Assembly (NCBI GenBank): GCA_903877395.1
Contig: CAIRDU010000145.1
Span: forward strand, 1-41,765
DNA length: 41,765 nucleotides
DNA from: an uncultured Planctomycetaceae bacterium
GTDB lineage: Bacteria > Planctomycetota > Planctomycetia > Pirellulales > UBA1268
Direction: 5' to 3'
Part shown: piece after piece, positions 10,623-19,057 of the stretch
Numbering within the stretch: the first letter of the stretch is position 1
Layout: each line of letters starts with the position of its first letter
Notes under the pieces: generated by a model
The model's input: the letters and a program-made list of their open reading frames with translations, nothing else
What the model was told of the DNA's origin: nothing
Database searches by the model: none
Program-made: the position numbers and the translations under genes

Positions 10623-10760
10623 GTCCCTTTCCCCGGCTCCGTTGGGCTGACGGCCAAGCGAGTGCCGGGATTATCCTGGGAGGAGTTCCGCAGGCGGCAG
10701 GTGTGTACAACATCGACTTCCAGGCCAGCGGTAATTTTTCCGCGACTGGAGGCGTAAGCC

Positions 10761-11261
10761 ATCGAGAAACAGCATCGCATTAACGAGCAGATTCGGGTCA
10801 CTCCGATCCGCGTCATTTCCGCAGAAGGCGGACAGCTCGGCATCATCACGACCGAAGAGGCGATGAATCTTGCGCGTGAGTCAGGACTCGACTTGGTCGA
10901 GGTGGCTCCGAACGAAAAACCGCCCGTCTGCCGAGTCATGGATTTCGGCAAGTTTAAGTATCAACAGAAAAAGAAGCAGCACAAAACCCACATCCACCAC
11001 ACGAAGATCAAAGAAATTCGCCTGCGACCTAAAACGGGCGAGCACGACATCGAATTCAAAGTCAATCAAGCTAAGGGATTTTTGCAGCACAAAGACAAGG
11101 TAATCGTGTCGGTCGTTTTTCGCGGCCGGGAACTGGCTCATATCGACGAAGGACAGCGTGTGATGAAGATCATCATCGAACAGCTCGACGCCGTTGGAAA
11201 GCCCGACTCAACGCCGCAGCAGATGGGTCGTCGGCTGGTGTGCACGCTCTCGCCAAAGTAA
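10761..11261 (+). CDS. infC: Translation initiation factor IF-3 (non-canonical ATC start)
   Basis: The in-frame extension upstream of the tracked ATG encodes the conserved N-terminus [21 protein letters not shown]. In-frame TAA at 10755 and SD GGAGG at 10748-10752 point to ATC 10761. Also [33 protein letters not shown]. Confidence 0.93.
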   Translation: MEKQHRINEQIRVTPIRVISAEGGQLGIITTEEAMNLARESGLDLVEVAPNEKPPVCRVMDFGKFKYQQKKKQHKTHIHHTKIKEIRLRPKTGEHDIEFKVNQAKGFLQHKDKVIVSVVFRGRELAHIDEGQRVMKIIIEQLDAVGKPDSTPQQMGRRLVCTLSPK

Positions 11262-11358
11262 AAAGGACGCATCCAGCCACGAGGGCTTTGGGTCCGCTCA
11301 AGATAGAGCTCAAGAAGAATTAAATAGCCAGTCAGAAAGTTTTGCAAAGGAGTCTGTC

Positions 11359-11562
11359 ATGCCCAAACAGAAAACCCACAAGGGTGCCAAGAAGCGTTTT
11401 CGGATCACCGCCCGAGGGAAGGTGAAGCATCGCCGCGCTGGGACGAGCCATTTGCAGGTGCGTGTTTCCAGCAAGCGAAAGCGGAATCTCCGAGGCACCG
11501 GGGTGCTGGCGTCGGTCGACACGCCCAAAATCCTCGCAGCGCTGGGGAAGTACAGTTATTGA
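11359..11562 (+). CDS. rpmI: 50S ribosomal protein L35
   Basis: MPKQKTHKGAKKRFRITARGKVK, SD AAGGAG, canonical position after infC. Confidence 0.95.
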   Translation: MPKQKTHKGAKKRFRITARGKVKHRRAGTSHLQVRVSSKRKRNLRGTGVLASVDTPKILAALGKYSY

Positions 11563-11733
11563 CATCCATTGCTTGAGTCGATGCTGATCCAGCCACATTC
11601 GTCCCGACTCCCGCGAAAAGGGGTGGGCCCTTGAAAATGCCTGCTTCGGTGGGACATTAAGAGGGCTTCGCGACACAGGAATTCGAAGTTTTTAATGTCA
11701 AGTGTTTTGAAAGTTTTTGAAAGCTAGAGAGCC

Positions 11734-12111
11734 ATGCGTACTAAAAATGTCGTCCCTCGCCTGAGGGCCAAGAAACGTCTTTTCAAGCGGGTAAAGGGCT
11801 CGGTTGGCGGACGCCGCCGCCTCCTGCGAACGGCGAAAGAATCAATTATTCGCGCGGGTGTTTTTGCCCGCCGCGACCGTCGCCGTAAGAAGCGCGATTT
11901 CAGGCGACTATGGATCATCCGTATCAACGCTGCGGTGCGGGAGCGAGGCATTCGCTACAGCCAGTTTATTGCCGGCTTGGAAAAAATTGGCTCGGACCTC
12001 GATCGCCGCACGCTCTCCGAGATGGCAGTCCTAGATCCAACCGGTTTTGATGCGGTTGTGGATCAGGTGCGCATGGCCCTTGGCCTGCCGGAGCCGGCCG
12101 CGGTCGCGTAA
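11734..12111 (+). CDS. rplT: 50S ribosomal protein L20
   Basis: RDRRRKKRDFRRLWIIRINAAVR, YSQFIAGL, LDRRTLSEMAV. Confidence 0.96.
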   Translation: MRTKNVVPRLRAKKRLFKRVKGSVGGRRRLLRTAKESIIRAGVFARRDRRRKKRDFRRLWIIRINAAVRERGIRYSQFIAGLEKIGSDLDRRTLSEMAVLDPTGFDAVVDQVRMALGLPEPAAVA

Positions 12112-12115
12112 AGCA

Positions 12116-13141
12116 GTGGCAGCTGTTTCGCTGGACTCGTTTGTGGAAGCGATCGATCGTCTTCGCGCAGAGGCTGCCGGGACGCTTCAGACGGCTGCCG
12201 ATGAAGGAGCCCTCGAAAAAGCCCGCGTGAATTTCTTGGGCGTGAAAAGCGGCCAGTTGAAGGAACTGCAAAAACTGCTTTCCGGACTGGGTTCTGACGA
12301 TCGTCCAGCCGGTGGCAAGCTTTTCAATGTCGCGAAGGCCGAGATCACTGCAACCTTTGCATTGGCTCAGGATCGCGTGGCATCCTCGCACCAGTCTGGG
12401 GTTCAGAACGCAGAGGCGATCGACGTGACGCTGCCTGGCGATCGGGTGCGGATGGGCCACCTGCATCCGATCACTCAGACGATCCGTCGCGTTCAGGAGA
12501 TCATGGCGAGGTTGGGCTTTGAAAGTGTGGATGGGCCCGAAGTGGAAGACCAGTGGCACAATTTCGAAGCCCTCGCTATCGGTGCAGAACATCCCGCCCG
12601 CGATCCCCTCGACAATTTTTATCTGGCTGTCGCCCGCGGGGCGGATCCGCTTCTGCTCCGCTCGCAGACAAGCACCGTGCAGATTCGGGTGATGGAGCGA
12701 CGCAAGCCCCCCTTGCGGATCGTGTCGCTTGGTCGCGTGTATCGCCCCGACACGGCCGATGCGACCCATTATCCGATGTTTCATCAGGTCGAGGGCTTAC
12801 TCGTGGAACCCGACGTGACACTGGCGCACCTCAAGAGCGTGCTGCGTTTCTTCGCGTCGAGCTTTTTGGGCGGCGATGTTCGCGTGCGGTTTCGCCCATC
12901 CTTTTTTCCGTTTACCGAGCCAAGCGTGGAAGTTGATATGGAATGGGGCGGACGCTGGATCGAGATGGGAGGCGCGGGGATGGTCGACCCGGCGGTGCTC
13001 GAAGCCGTTGGCTATGACCCGGATAAAGTGTCGGGATTTGCATTTGGCTTGGGCGTAGAACGGATTGCAGCCCGCCGCTACGGCGTTGCTGATATTCGCG
13101 ACTTCTACCGCAACGACGTTCGCTTTTTAGAGCAATTCTAA
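12116..13141 (+). CDS. pheS: Phenylalanine-tRNA ligase alpha subunit
   Basis: GHLHPI, NFEALAI..HPARD, LLRSQTS, GRVYR, PMFHQVEG, RFRPSFFPFTEPS, GFAFGLGVER. Probable GTG start 4 nt after the rplT stop. Confidence 0.95.
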   Translation: MAAVSLDSFVEAIDRLRAEAAGTLQTAADEGALEKARVNFLGVKSGQLKELQKLLSGLGSDDRPAGGKLFNVAKAEITATFALAQDRVASSHQSGVQNAEAIDVTLPGDRVRMGHLHPITQTIRRVQEIMARLGFESVDGPEVEDQWHNFEALAIGAEHPARDPLDNFYLAVARGADPLLLRSQTSTVQIRVMERRKPPLRIVSLGRVYRPDTADATHYPMFHQVEGLLVEPDVTLAHLKSVLRFFASSFLGGDVRVRFRPSFFPFTEPSVEVDMEWGGRWIEMGGAGMVDPAVLEAVGYDPDKVSGFAFGLGVERIAARRYGVADIRDFYRNDVRFLEQF

Positions 13142-13194
13142 GAGCGATCCAGAAACAGCTTTTTTGGAAACTCATATACCAGCGGTACTGAACA

Positions 13195-15393
13195 ATGATC
13201 ATCTCGATGAACTGGCTGGCAGACTACGTGCAATTGACGGGAGTTTCGGTGCCAGCTGTCTCGCTGGCGGACATGCTCGCAGAGCGGCTGCTAATGTCTG
13301 GGCTCAATCACGAGTCAACGCGAGCGATTGGCGACGACACCGCCGTTGAAATTGAAGTAACGAGCAATCGCCCCGACTGCCTAGGGCATATTGGCGTGGC
13401 ACGGGAGGCTGCCGTGCTTTTTTCGCGGCCGCTGCACATTCCCGACCCACGCCCGTTGGAAGCGGGCGGTATTGCGGCAGAGAGCATTGCTGTTGAGATC
13501 CGTTCGCCCGAGTGCTGCCCATTCTATTTGGCCAGAGTGATCCGAGGTGTGCATGTTGGCCCCAGCCCCAGTTGGCTCGTCGAGCGTTTGGCCACAGTGG
13601 GAGTTGAGAGCGTCAACAACGTTGTGGACATCACCAATTATGTGATGCTGGAGTGCGGTCAGCCGTTGCACGCCTTCGATTTGCAGAAGATTTGTGGCGG
13701 GCGAATCACCGTGCGACGGGCTACGGCAGGCGAACCCTTTGTAGCGATCAACCATAAAACCTACTCGCTTACTTCGGCAATGTGCGTGATCGCCGATAGT
13801 GAAGGTCCTGTGGCCTTGGCCGGCGTGATGGGGGGCGCAAAGAGCGAGATCGCTGAAAGCACAGTCGATATTCTGCTCGAGTCAGCGCAGTTTGCACCGC
13901 TGGCTGTGCGGGCTGCGGCCCGTGGTCTCGTGCTGGGCAGCGGCTCCTCGTATCGCTTTGAGCGCAGCCCCGATCCCGCAGCAGTGGAATGGGCCAGCCG
14001 TCGGGCAGCGGCGATGATCCTCGACACTGCCGGAGGCGTGCTGGAGCGAGGTGTTGTCGAGGCTGGCACGCTTGCATGCTCTCCAGTTGCGATCGATTTG
14101 CGTCACGCTCGCGTGGCCCAGGTGCTAGGCATCGACATCCCACAGCCTCGGCAGCGAGCAATCCTCGCGGCTCTCGGATTTGCGGGCTTGGCGGCAGCAG
14201 GACCAATGGCTGTAGGCAATACCCCCTGTGACCGCTCGCGATGGCAGTCGCCCACGTGGCGTCGCGACGTATCGCGAGAGATTGATCTGGTCGAGGAAAT
14301 CGGCCGCATCGAGGGCTACGACCAGGTGCCGGAAGATGAGTCAATCAGCGCACAGCCTGTCGAACTCTCGGCCCGTGAGCAGGCCATCCGCATCGCATCG
14401 TCCGTTCTGGTGAGTGCTGGAATGTGCGAGGCGATTACCCGTAGCGTCGTCAACGAGCACATGGAAGCCACGCGCAGCCCGTGGAGCGATGGCATGCCGC
14501 TGAGCATTGCTCCGGCACTTGTACGAGGGGCCGACCGTCTGCGGCGTACGCTTGTGCCGAGTTTGTTGGAGGCCCGCGCCAGCACTCTGGCCGTTGGTGC
14601 GCCTCACGGCGAACTCTTTGAGGTGGCTCATGCGTACCTCTCGCGAGCCAACCCCGACGTGCCATTGCCCCAGCCGAGAGCTAGGCCAGCGAATGCTACA
14701 GCCTCAGAGGAGTCAATTCTGGAGGAACCGCTGCTCGTGTCGCTTGTGACCGGTGGTGAGTTTGCCTCCGCCAAAGGACTCGCCGAGGCGATGCTGCTGC
14801 GATTGGGCGTCGGAGGCGATCGCCAGTCACCAGCAGTTTCTGTGTGCGTGGAGTTTCGGCCGCTCGAACTTGATCTTTTTGCCAGAGGCCGTGCCGCTGA
14901 AATCCTGCTGCATCGCCAGACGCAACAAGGCGAGCGGATTGGAGTGGTTGGCGAAATCGCCCCGGCGGTCTTGAAGCGATTTGGTTTAGAAGGCCCCGTA
15001 GCCGCTGCTGAACTGCGGTTGGATCGGCTGGAGTGGGCCGTGGGCGTGGATCGATTGCTGCAACAGCCGAGCGACTTTCCTGCAATCCAGCGGGATATCA
15101 ATCTTGTGGTCGACATCGCCGTGCCGTGGAGCAATATCGTTGCTGCGATCTATAGTGTTTCGCATCAAGCCACCGGCCTAGGGCACACAGGCAACGACAA
15201 CATCCTTGAGGAGTGTCGACTGGTGCAGGTCTGGAAGGACGAGACGAGGTTGGGCATTGGAAAAAAAAGTGTTGTTGTTTCGCTGCGACTACGAAGCCAC
15301 GTAGGCACGCTCTCAGGCGAAGAGGCAAATCGCGTGATCGAATCGATCGTCGTGGCGTGTGGACAACGAGTTGGTGCCACGCTCCGTAGCTAA
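13195..15393 (+). CDS. pheT: Phenylalanine-tRNA ligase beta subunit (short form without the B2 OB-fold)
   Basis: MIISMNWLADYV, EIEVTSNRPDCLG, NNVVDITNYVMLECGQPLHAFD, PTWRRDVSREIDLVEEIGRI, and the FDX-ACB domain FPAIQRDINLVV. Confidence 0.94.
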   Translation: MIISMNWLADYVQLTGVSVPAVSLADMLAERLLMSGLNHESTRAIGDDTAVEIEVTSNRPDCLGHIGVAREAAVLFSRPLHIPDPRPLEAGGIAAESIAVEIRSPECCPFYLARVIRGVHVGPSPSWLVERLATVGVESVNNVVDITNYVMLECGQPLHAFDLQKICGGRITVRRATAGEPFVAINHKTYSLTSAMCVIADSEGPVALAGVMGGAKSEIAESTVDILLESAQFAPLAVRAAARGLVLGSGSSYRFERSPDPAAVEWASRRAAAMILDTAGGVLERGVVEAGTLACSPVAIDLRHARVAQVLGIDIPQPRQRAILAALGFAGLAAAGPMAVGNTPCDRSRWQSPTWRRDVSREIDLVEEIGRIEGYDQVPEDESISAQPVELSAREQAIRIASSVLVSAGMCEAITRSVVNEHMEATRSPWSDGMPLSIAPALVRGADRLRRTLVPSLLEARASTLAVGAPHGELFEVAHAYLSRANPDVPLPQPRARPANATASEESILEEPLLVSLVTGGEFASAKGLAEAMLLRLGVGGDRQSPAVSVCVEFRPLELDLFARGRAAEILLHRQTQQGERIGVVGEIAPAVLKRFGLEGPVAAAELRLDRLEWAVGVDRLLQQPSDFPAIQRDINLVVDIAVPWSNIVAAIYSVSHQATGLGHTGNDNILEECRLVQVWKDETRLGIGKKSVVVSLRLRSHVGTLSGEEANRVIESIVVACGQRVGATLRS

Positions 15394-15438
15394 CGTCGAC
15401 CGTTGCAGTTGTGGATGACCGTCCTCATGGTCCACGGA

Positions 15439-17790
15439 TTAGCGATCCGAATAGACCCGAGTGATCTCTTCCTTCGTGAGCGGCGAAGGATTCTCGTCGC
15501 TGGTGAGTTGCACCTGCACACGCTGGTCGCCCTCGCGGCGGCCTCGTACTCGCACACGAAAGACAGCCTCCTCCGAGGGAGCAAGCTTGGCTAATGGCTC
15601 AAACACAACCGTAAGATTTTCGATGCGGTGAGCCGCCGGGCCTGAGGCCTCGAGTGGTTCTAGATCGCCCAGCAGCGTGGCTGTGAGCCGCACGCCGCTG
15701 GCGGCCTTTGTACCTTGGTTGCCCACTCGTACGACGTATTCGGTGAGCCCATCTACCTCGATTGGATCCTCGCTATCGGTGACTTCAAAAAAGATCGCGG
15801 CGAGGCCCTCGACCTCGACGGTGTGGGCCACCTGATCGGAGAGGCCGTTTGCAGTGCGAGCCGCCGCGACGATTTTCTGCGGGCCAAGATCGATGGGCAT
15901 CACCACTACTTCGACAGTGCCTGTCTCTGCAGCGGGGAGCTCCTCAAGATTCCAGAGCACTCGGTGCGTTCGCTCCTCGTAGTAGCCAGCGTTGTTGGCA
16001 CGCATGAATTTCATGCCCGGCGGGAGCTGGGCGACGAGTTCAACCGACTTGGCGGGGGCTGTGCCTGCGTTGGTCATCGACAGAATGCAGGTGGCGGGCC
16101 TCTGCAGGTAGCGTCGCGATGGAATATCGGCTGAGAGTTCGAGTGTAGGGGCTGTCACCTCGATCCGCACCGGCTGCACGACCTCAATCTGGCCATCGGC
16201 CCTCGCAGTGAGTTGCGTGGCGTGGACGCCCGGGCTGGTAGAGGCCAGCGAGAGATCAATCGTACGAGATTCACCAGGCTGCAGTTGTCCAATGTCGTAT
16301 TCTAGTTCGCGACCGGATTTATGCGTGACGCCTTCCGGTAGCAATCCCTCCAGCACAACGCCGGTGGCTACGCCCGTGCCGGGATTTGTGATGCGGATTG
16401 AAAGTTGCACATCCTTACCGATCAGCACAGGCTGCGGCGGAGCAGCGTCGATTCGCAGGTCAGGCTTTGTGGCACGGGAACGCACCGAAGCATCGGCGCG
16501 GAAGCTCACGCTGGCAACGCTCCCAACATCCCCCTCCACGGTCGGCATCACCTCGATTGTAACGCGAGACTGGCCCCCGGGCGGGAGCGCCCCAAGCAAC
16601 CAGACGAGGTCGCCGGTTGCTCCTAGTCCTCCTGTTTGAGTGGCTGGACTGGCTGGTGGAGTCGTTGCGATGAGCGACGTTCCGTAGGGCACAGAATCTC
16701 GCAGGGTGACGTCATGCGCCGTGGCAGTGCCAACATTGCGGACGAAAATTTCATAGCGGGCCGACTTGCCCACCTGTACTTCGCGAGGCCCTCGTTTTTC
16801 CACGGCCACTTGCGGCGTCTGTAAGCCTTCCAGTTGGAGCGGCCCTGGGCGTCCGTGGCCGGTAGCACCACCGCCACTGGCTGTGCCAGTCTGTGCGCGG
16901 CTGGCCGCGTTGCCTGAGCCCGTTGGATCTGCACTCGATGTAAGCGGTGGAGCAGCAGCAAACGGCATGGCGGCGGGCTGCGACTGTGGCACGGCGGCTC
17001 GCAATGGATTGGCCGCAACCGGGAGCGATGTGTTGGCGGAGGCATAGCGATCCCGCGACGGCATCAAGACCGGCATTCGCGCAACAGGGGCGGCTGGTGC
17101 CGATGGCAACGGAGCCGGTGGCGATGATGCAATGGGGGCCTGTGGCGGCGAGGGCACCGGTGCCGCCGGTGCCGACGCAACGGGAGTCGGTGGCTCTCTA
17201 TCGTTCGCCGCAGAGGCGTGAGGTGTTGGTGGTACGGTTGCTTTCACGGCCACCGGTGCAGTGGCTGGCACCAGTTCGTCGCTCTCTGCAGGGAGTGTAT
17301 TCGGTGGCGTTGGTTCGGGCTTGGGTGCCACTTGCTCTGGATCAGGCTGTGCCGTTTCAGGAGTCGCCGCTGCTGCTGAGTCAGCGAATCTGGAAAAACC
17401 TGCCGAGTTTTCGGCTGTGGCCTCAACGCCTTCTGGAGCATCGAGTGAGGCAGGAGAAATCGGATAGCGAGAACTGCCCCGAGGCTCTTCGGTAGTCGCC
17501 GCGGGGGCATGCCAACCGCGTTGGCTTACGGTCGAAGTTTCAGTATTCGGCGGCACGAGTCGGTCGGGTTCTGCAGAGGATTCAAGGGATGTTTGGACGG
17601 CTGCTTCAACGGGCGCAACACGCACGGTATCGGCTGTATCCATGGGGGACCGCGGGTTGGATCGACCAATCCCAAACGTCCACACAATGCCGAAGCCAAC
17701 GCACGCACATGCAATCGCTCCGATTACGACCGGGAGTTTAACTCGCTTCGGTACGACAATCAGATCCTGGCGGGAGGGTCGATCAGACAT
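15439..17790 (-). CDS. Membrane-anchored DUF11-repeat (OmcB-like) protein with Pro/Ala-rich linker
   Basis: N-terminal TM (VVIGAIACACVGFGIVWTFGI), long P/A-rich region, and four Ig-like repeats with a V/I-x-N-x-G-T core (YEIFVRNVGT, IRITNPGT, LSMTNAGT, VRVGNQGT). Confidence 0.8.
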   Translation of the reverse strand: MSDRPSRQDLIVVPKRVKLPVVIGAIACACVGFGIVWTFGIGRSNPRSPMDTADTVRVAPVEAAVQTSLESSAEPDRLVPPNTETSTVSQRGWHAPAATTEEPRGSSRYPISPASLDAPEGVEATAENSAGFSRFADSAAAATPETAQPDPEQVAPKPEPTPPNTLPAESDELVPATAPVAVKATVPPTPHASAANDREPPTPVASAPAAPVPSPPQAPIASSPPAPLPSAPAAPVARMPVLMPSRDRYASANTSLPVAANPLRAAVPQSQPAAMPFAAAPPLTSSADPTGSGNAASRAQTGTASGGGATGHGRPGPLQLEGLQTPQVAVEKRGPREVQVGKSARYEIFVRNVGTATAHDVTLRDSVPYGTSLIATTPPASPATQTGGLGATGDLVWLLGALPPGGQSRVTIEVMPTVEGDVGSVASVSFRADASVRSRATKPDLRIDAAPPQPVLIGKDVQLSIRITNPGTGVATGVVLEGLLPEGVTHKSGRELEYDIGQLQPGESRTIDLSLASTSPGVHATQLTARADGQIEVVQPVRIEVTAPTLELSADIPSRRYLQRPATCILSMTNAGTAPAKSVELVAQLPPGMKFMRANNAGYYEERTHRVLWNLEELPAAETGTVEVVVMPIDLGPQKIVAAARTANGLSDQVAHTVEVEGLAAIFFEVTDSEDPIEVDGLTEYVVRVGNQGTKAASGVRLTATLLGDLEPLEASGPAAHRIENLTVVFEPLAKLAPSEEAVFRVRVRGRREGDQRVQVQLTSDENPSPLTKEEITRVYSDR

Positions 17791-17919
17791 CGTTAAAAAC
17801 CCTGCAAGGGTGAACCAATGGGTGGAGGTGGTGAGAGCCTGCCAGCGAGATGCCAGCCAGGCACGTGGGGAAGTACCAGAAGTCGGGCACTCCAGAGAAG
17901 GTCAACCCAAAACGTCACT

Positions 17920-18813
17920 TCAGGCAGTTGTGAGAAGCTGGTGAAGATGGAAGTGAAATTTTCCCAACGTGCCGCCGTAGTTGCCCGCTGAAACAGCCAG
18001 GAGTTCCGGGCCGATCGCAGCTCGAATTCCAGCGGTCATGGCATCGCCAACGGCCTGCTCGTCGATTCCGTCGATCACAATCTCCAGTGCGCAATGAGCC
18101 CCTTCCACAAGGCCCGTTGCGACCCGCCCTACAAGCGACGGACAAAACGCTTCGTTGGTGGAGGCCCGCAAGGTTTTGTACCGAGAGCCCACTTTACTAC
18201 CAGACCGAACGACTCCCCCCGGAAACGGTGCAATCACATTGGCCATTCCAGCAATGACCGCGGTCGCCCGACGCGCCGCTGCCAGCCCGCCTTCCAGCGA
18301 TCCGCTTTGCAGAATAAAGTTACCGCCCCCGATTCCCTTTTCGATTCCGACGGATTCTTCGACCAGAAATTCTCCATCCATCACAGGCACTCGCCAGAGG
18401 CGGCGCGCATCCACAACCTTTGTTTTTTCAAAGCCATCGCCAAAGAAGCGGATGTGCGATCCCAGTGGTGCCCGCTCGGCAGCCGTTGGCAGACCATCAA
18501 AAACACTTGCTGTTGGGCATGTTAGGAGGCACTGGGCAGTGCGGTTGGCAATCGCCTGTCCAAGGCCATCGGCGGAAAACCCAAATGCTAAGATGGCTGC
18601 CCCGGGCCGTCTATCAGGCGTATCGTTCAGGTCCAGATGCCGTTCCACGCCGATTTCAGCGTCACATCCAATCACGCTGGTGCCGTAGCCGCAGACGGAT
18701 CGTATGGCTGCATCCAACCAATAAGCATCGTGAGCCGTGACAATAATCCGCACAAACCGCAGCCGGAAGGCCTCGGCGAACGTGTCCACAATTTGCGTGG
18801 ATTTGATGAGCAC
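17920..18813 (-). CDS. fhcD: Formylmethanofuran-tetrahydromethanopterin N-formyltransferase
   Basis: IVDTFAEAF, GYGTSVIGCDAE, TPDRRPG, QCLLTCPT, FFGDGF, PVMDGEF, GGGNF, PFPGGVVRSGSKVGSRY, EIVIDG, SAGNYGG. Probable GTG start at 18813 (alternative ATG 18840). Confidence 0.92.
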   Translation of the reverse strand: MLIKSTQIVDTFAEAFRLRFVRIIVTAHDAYWLDAAIRSVCGYGTSVIGCDAEIGVERHLDLNDTPDRRPGAAILAFGFSADGLGQAIANRTAQCLLTCPTASVFDGLPTAAERAPLGSHIRFFGDGFEKTKVVDARRLWRVPVMDGEFLVEESVGIEKGIGGGNFILQSGSLEGGLAAARRATAVIAGMANVIAPFPGGVVRSGSKVGSRYKTLRASTNEAFCPSLVGRVATGLVEGAHCALEIVIDGIDEQAVGDAMTAGIRAAIGPELLAVSAGNYGGTLGKFHFHLHQLLTTA

Positions 18814-19057
18814 TTGGGGTGACCTTTCGCAGGGGCGCATGACAGAGTTGAAAAAACGAAACGCTTTTCGTGTGGCCTTTGGACGTGCCTTCGCGTATCT
18901 TAATAGGCCAAGCAGTCGCTTGTCATTGCCACGACTCACGGCACACGCTCATGAGTCTGTTCGGATTCAATGGATTTCCATTTGAAAGGATGAATCGATG
19001 GTCTGCACCCGCCACACGTGTCACGTACAGCAGAGGAATTTAGTCCAATTGTTTTCG

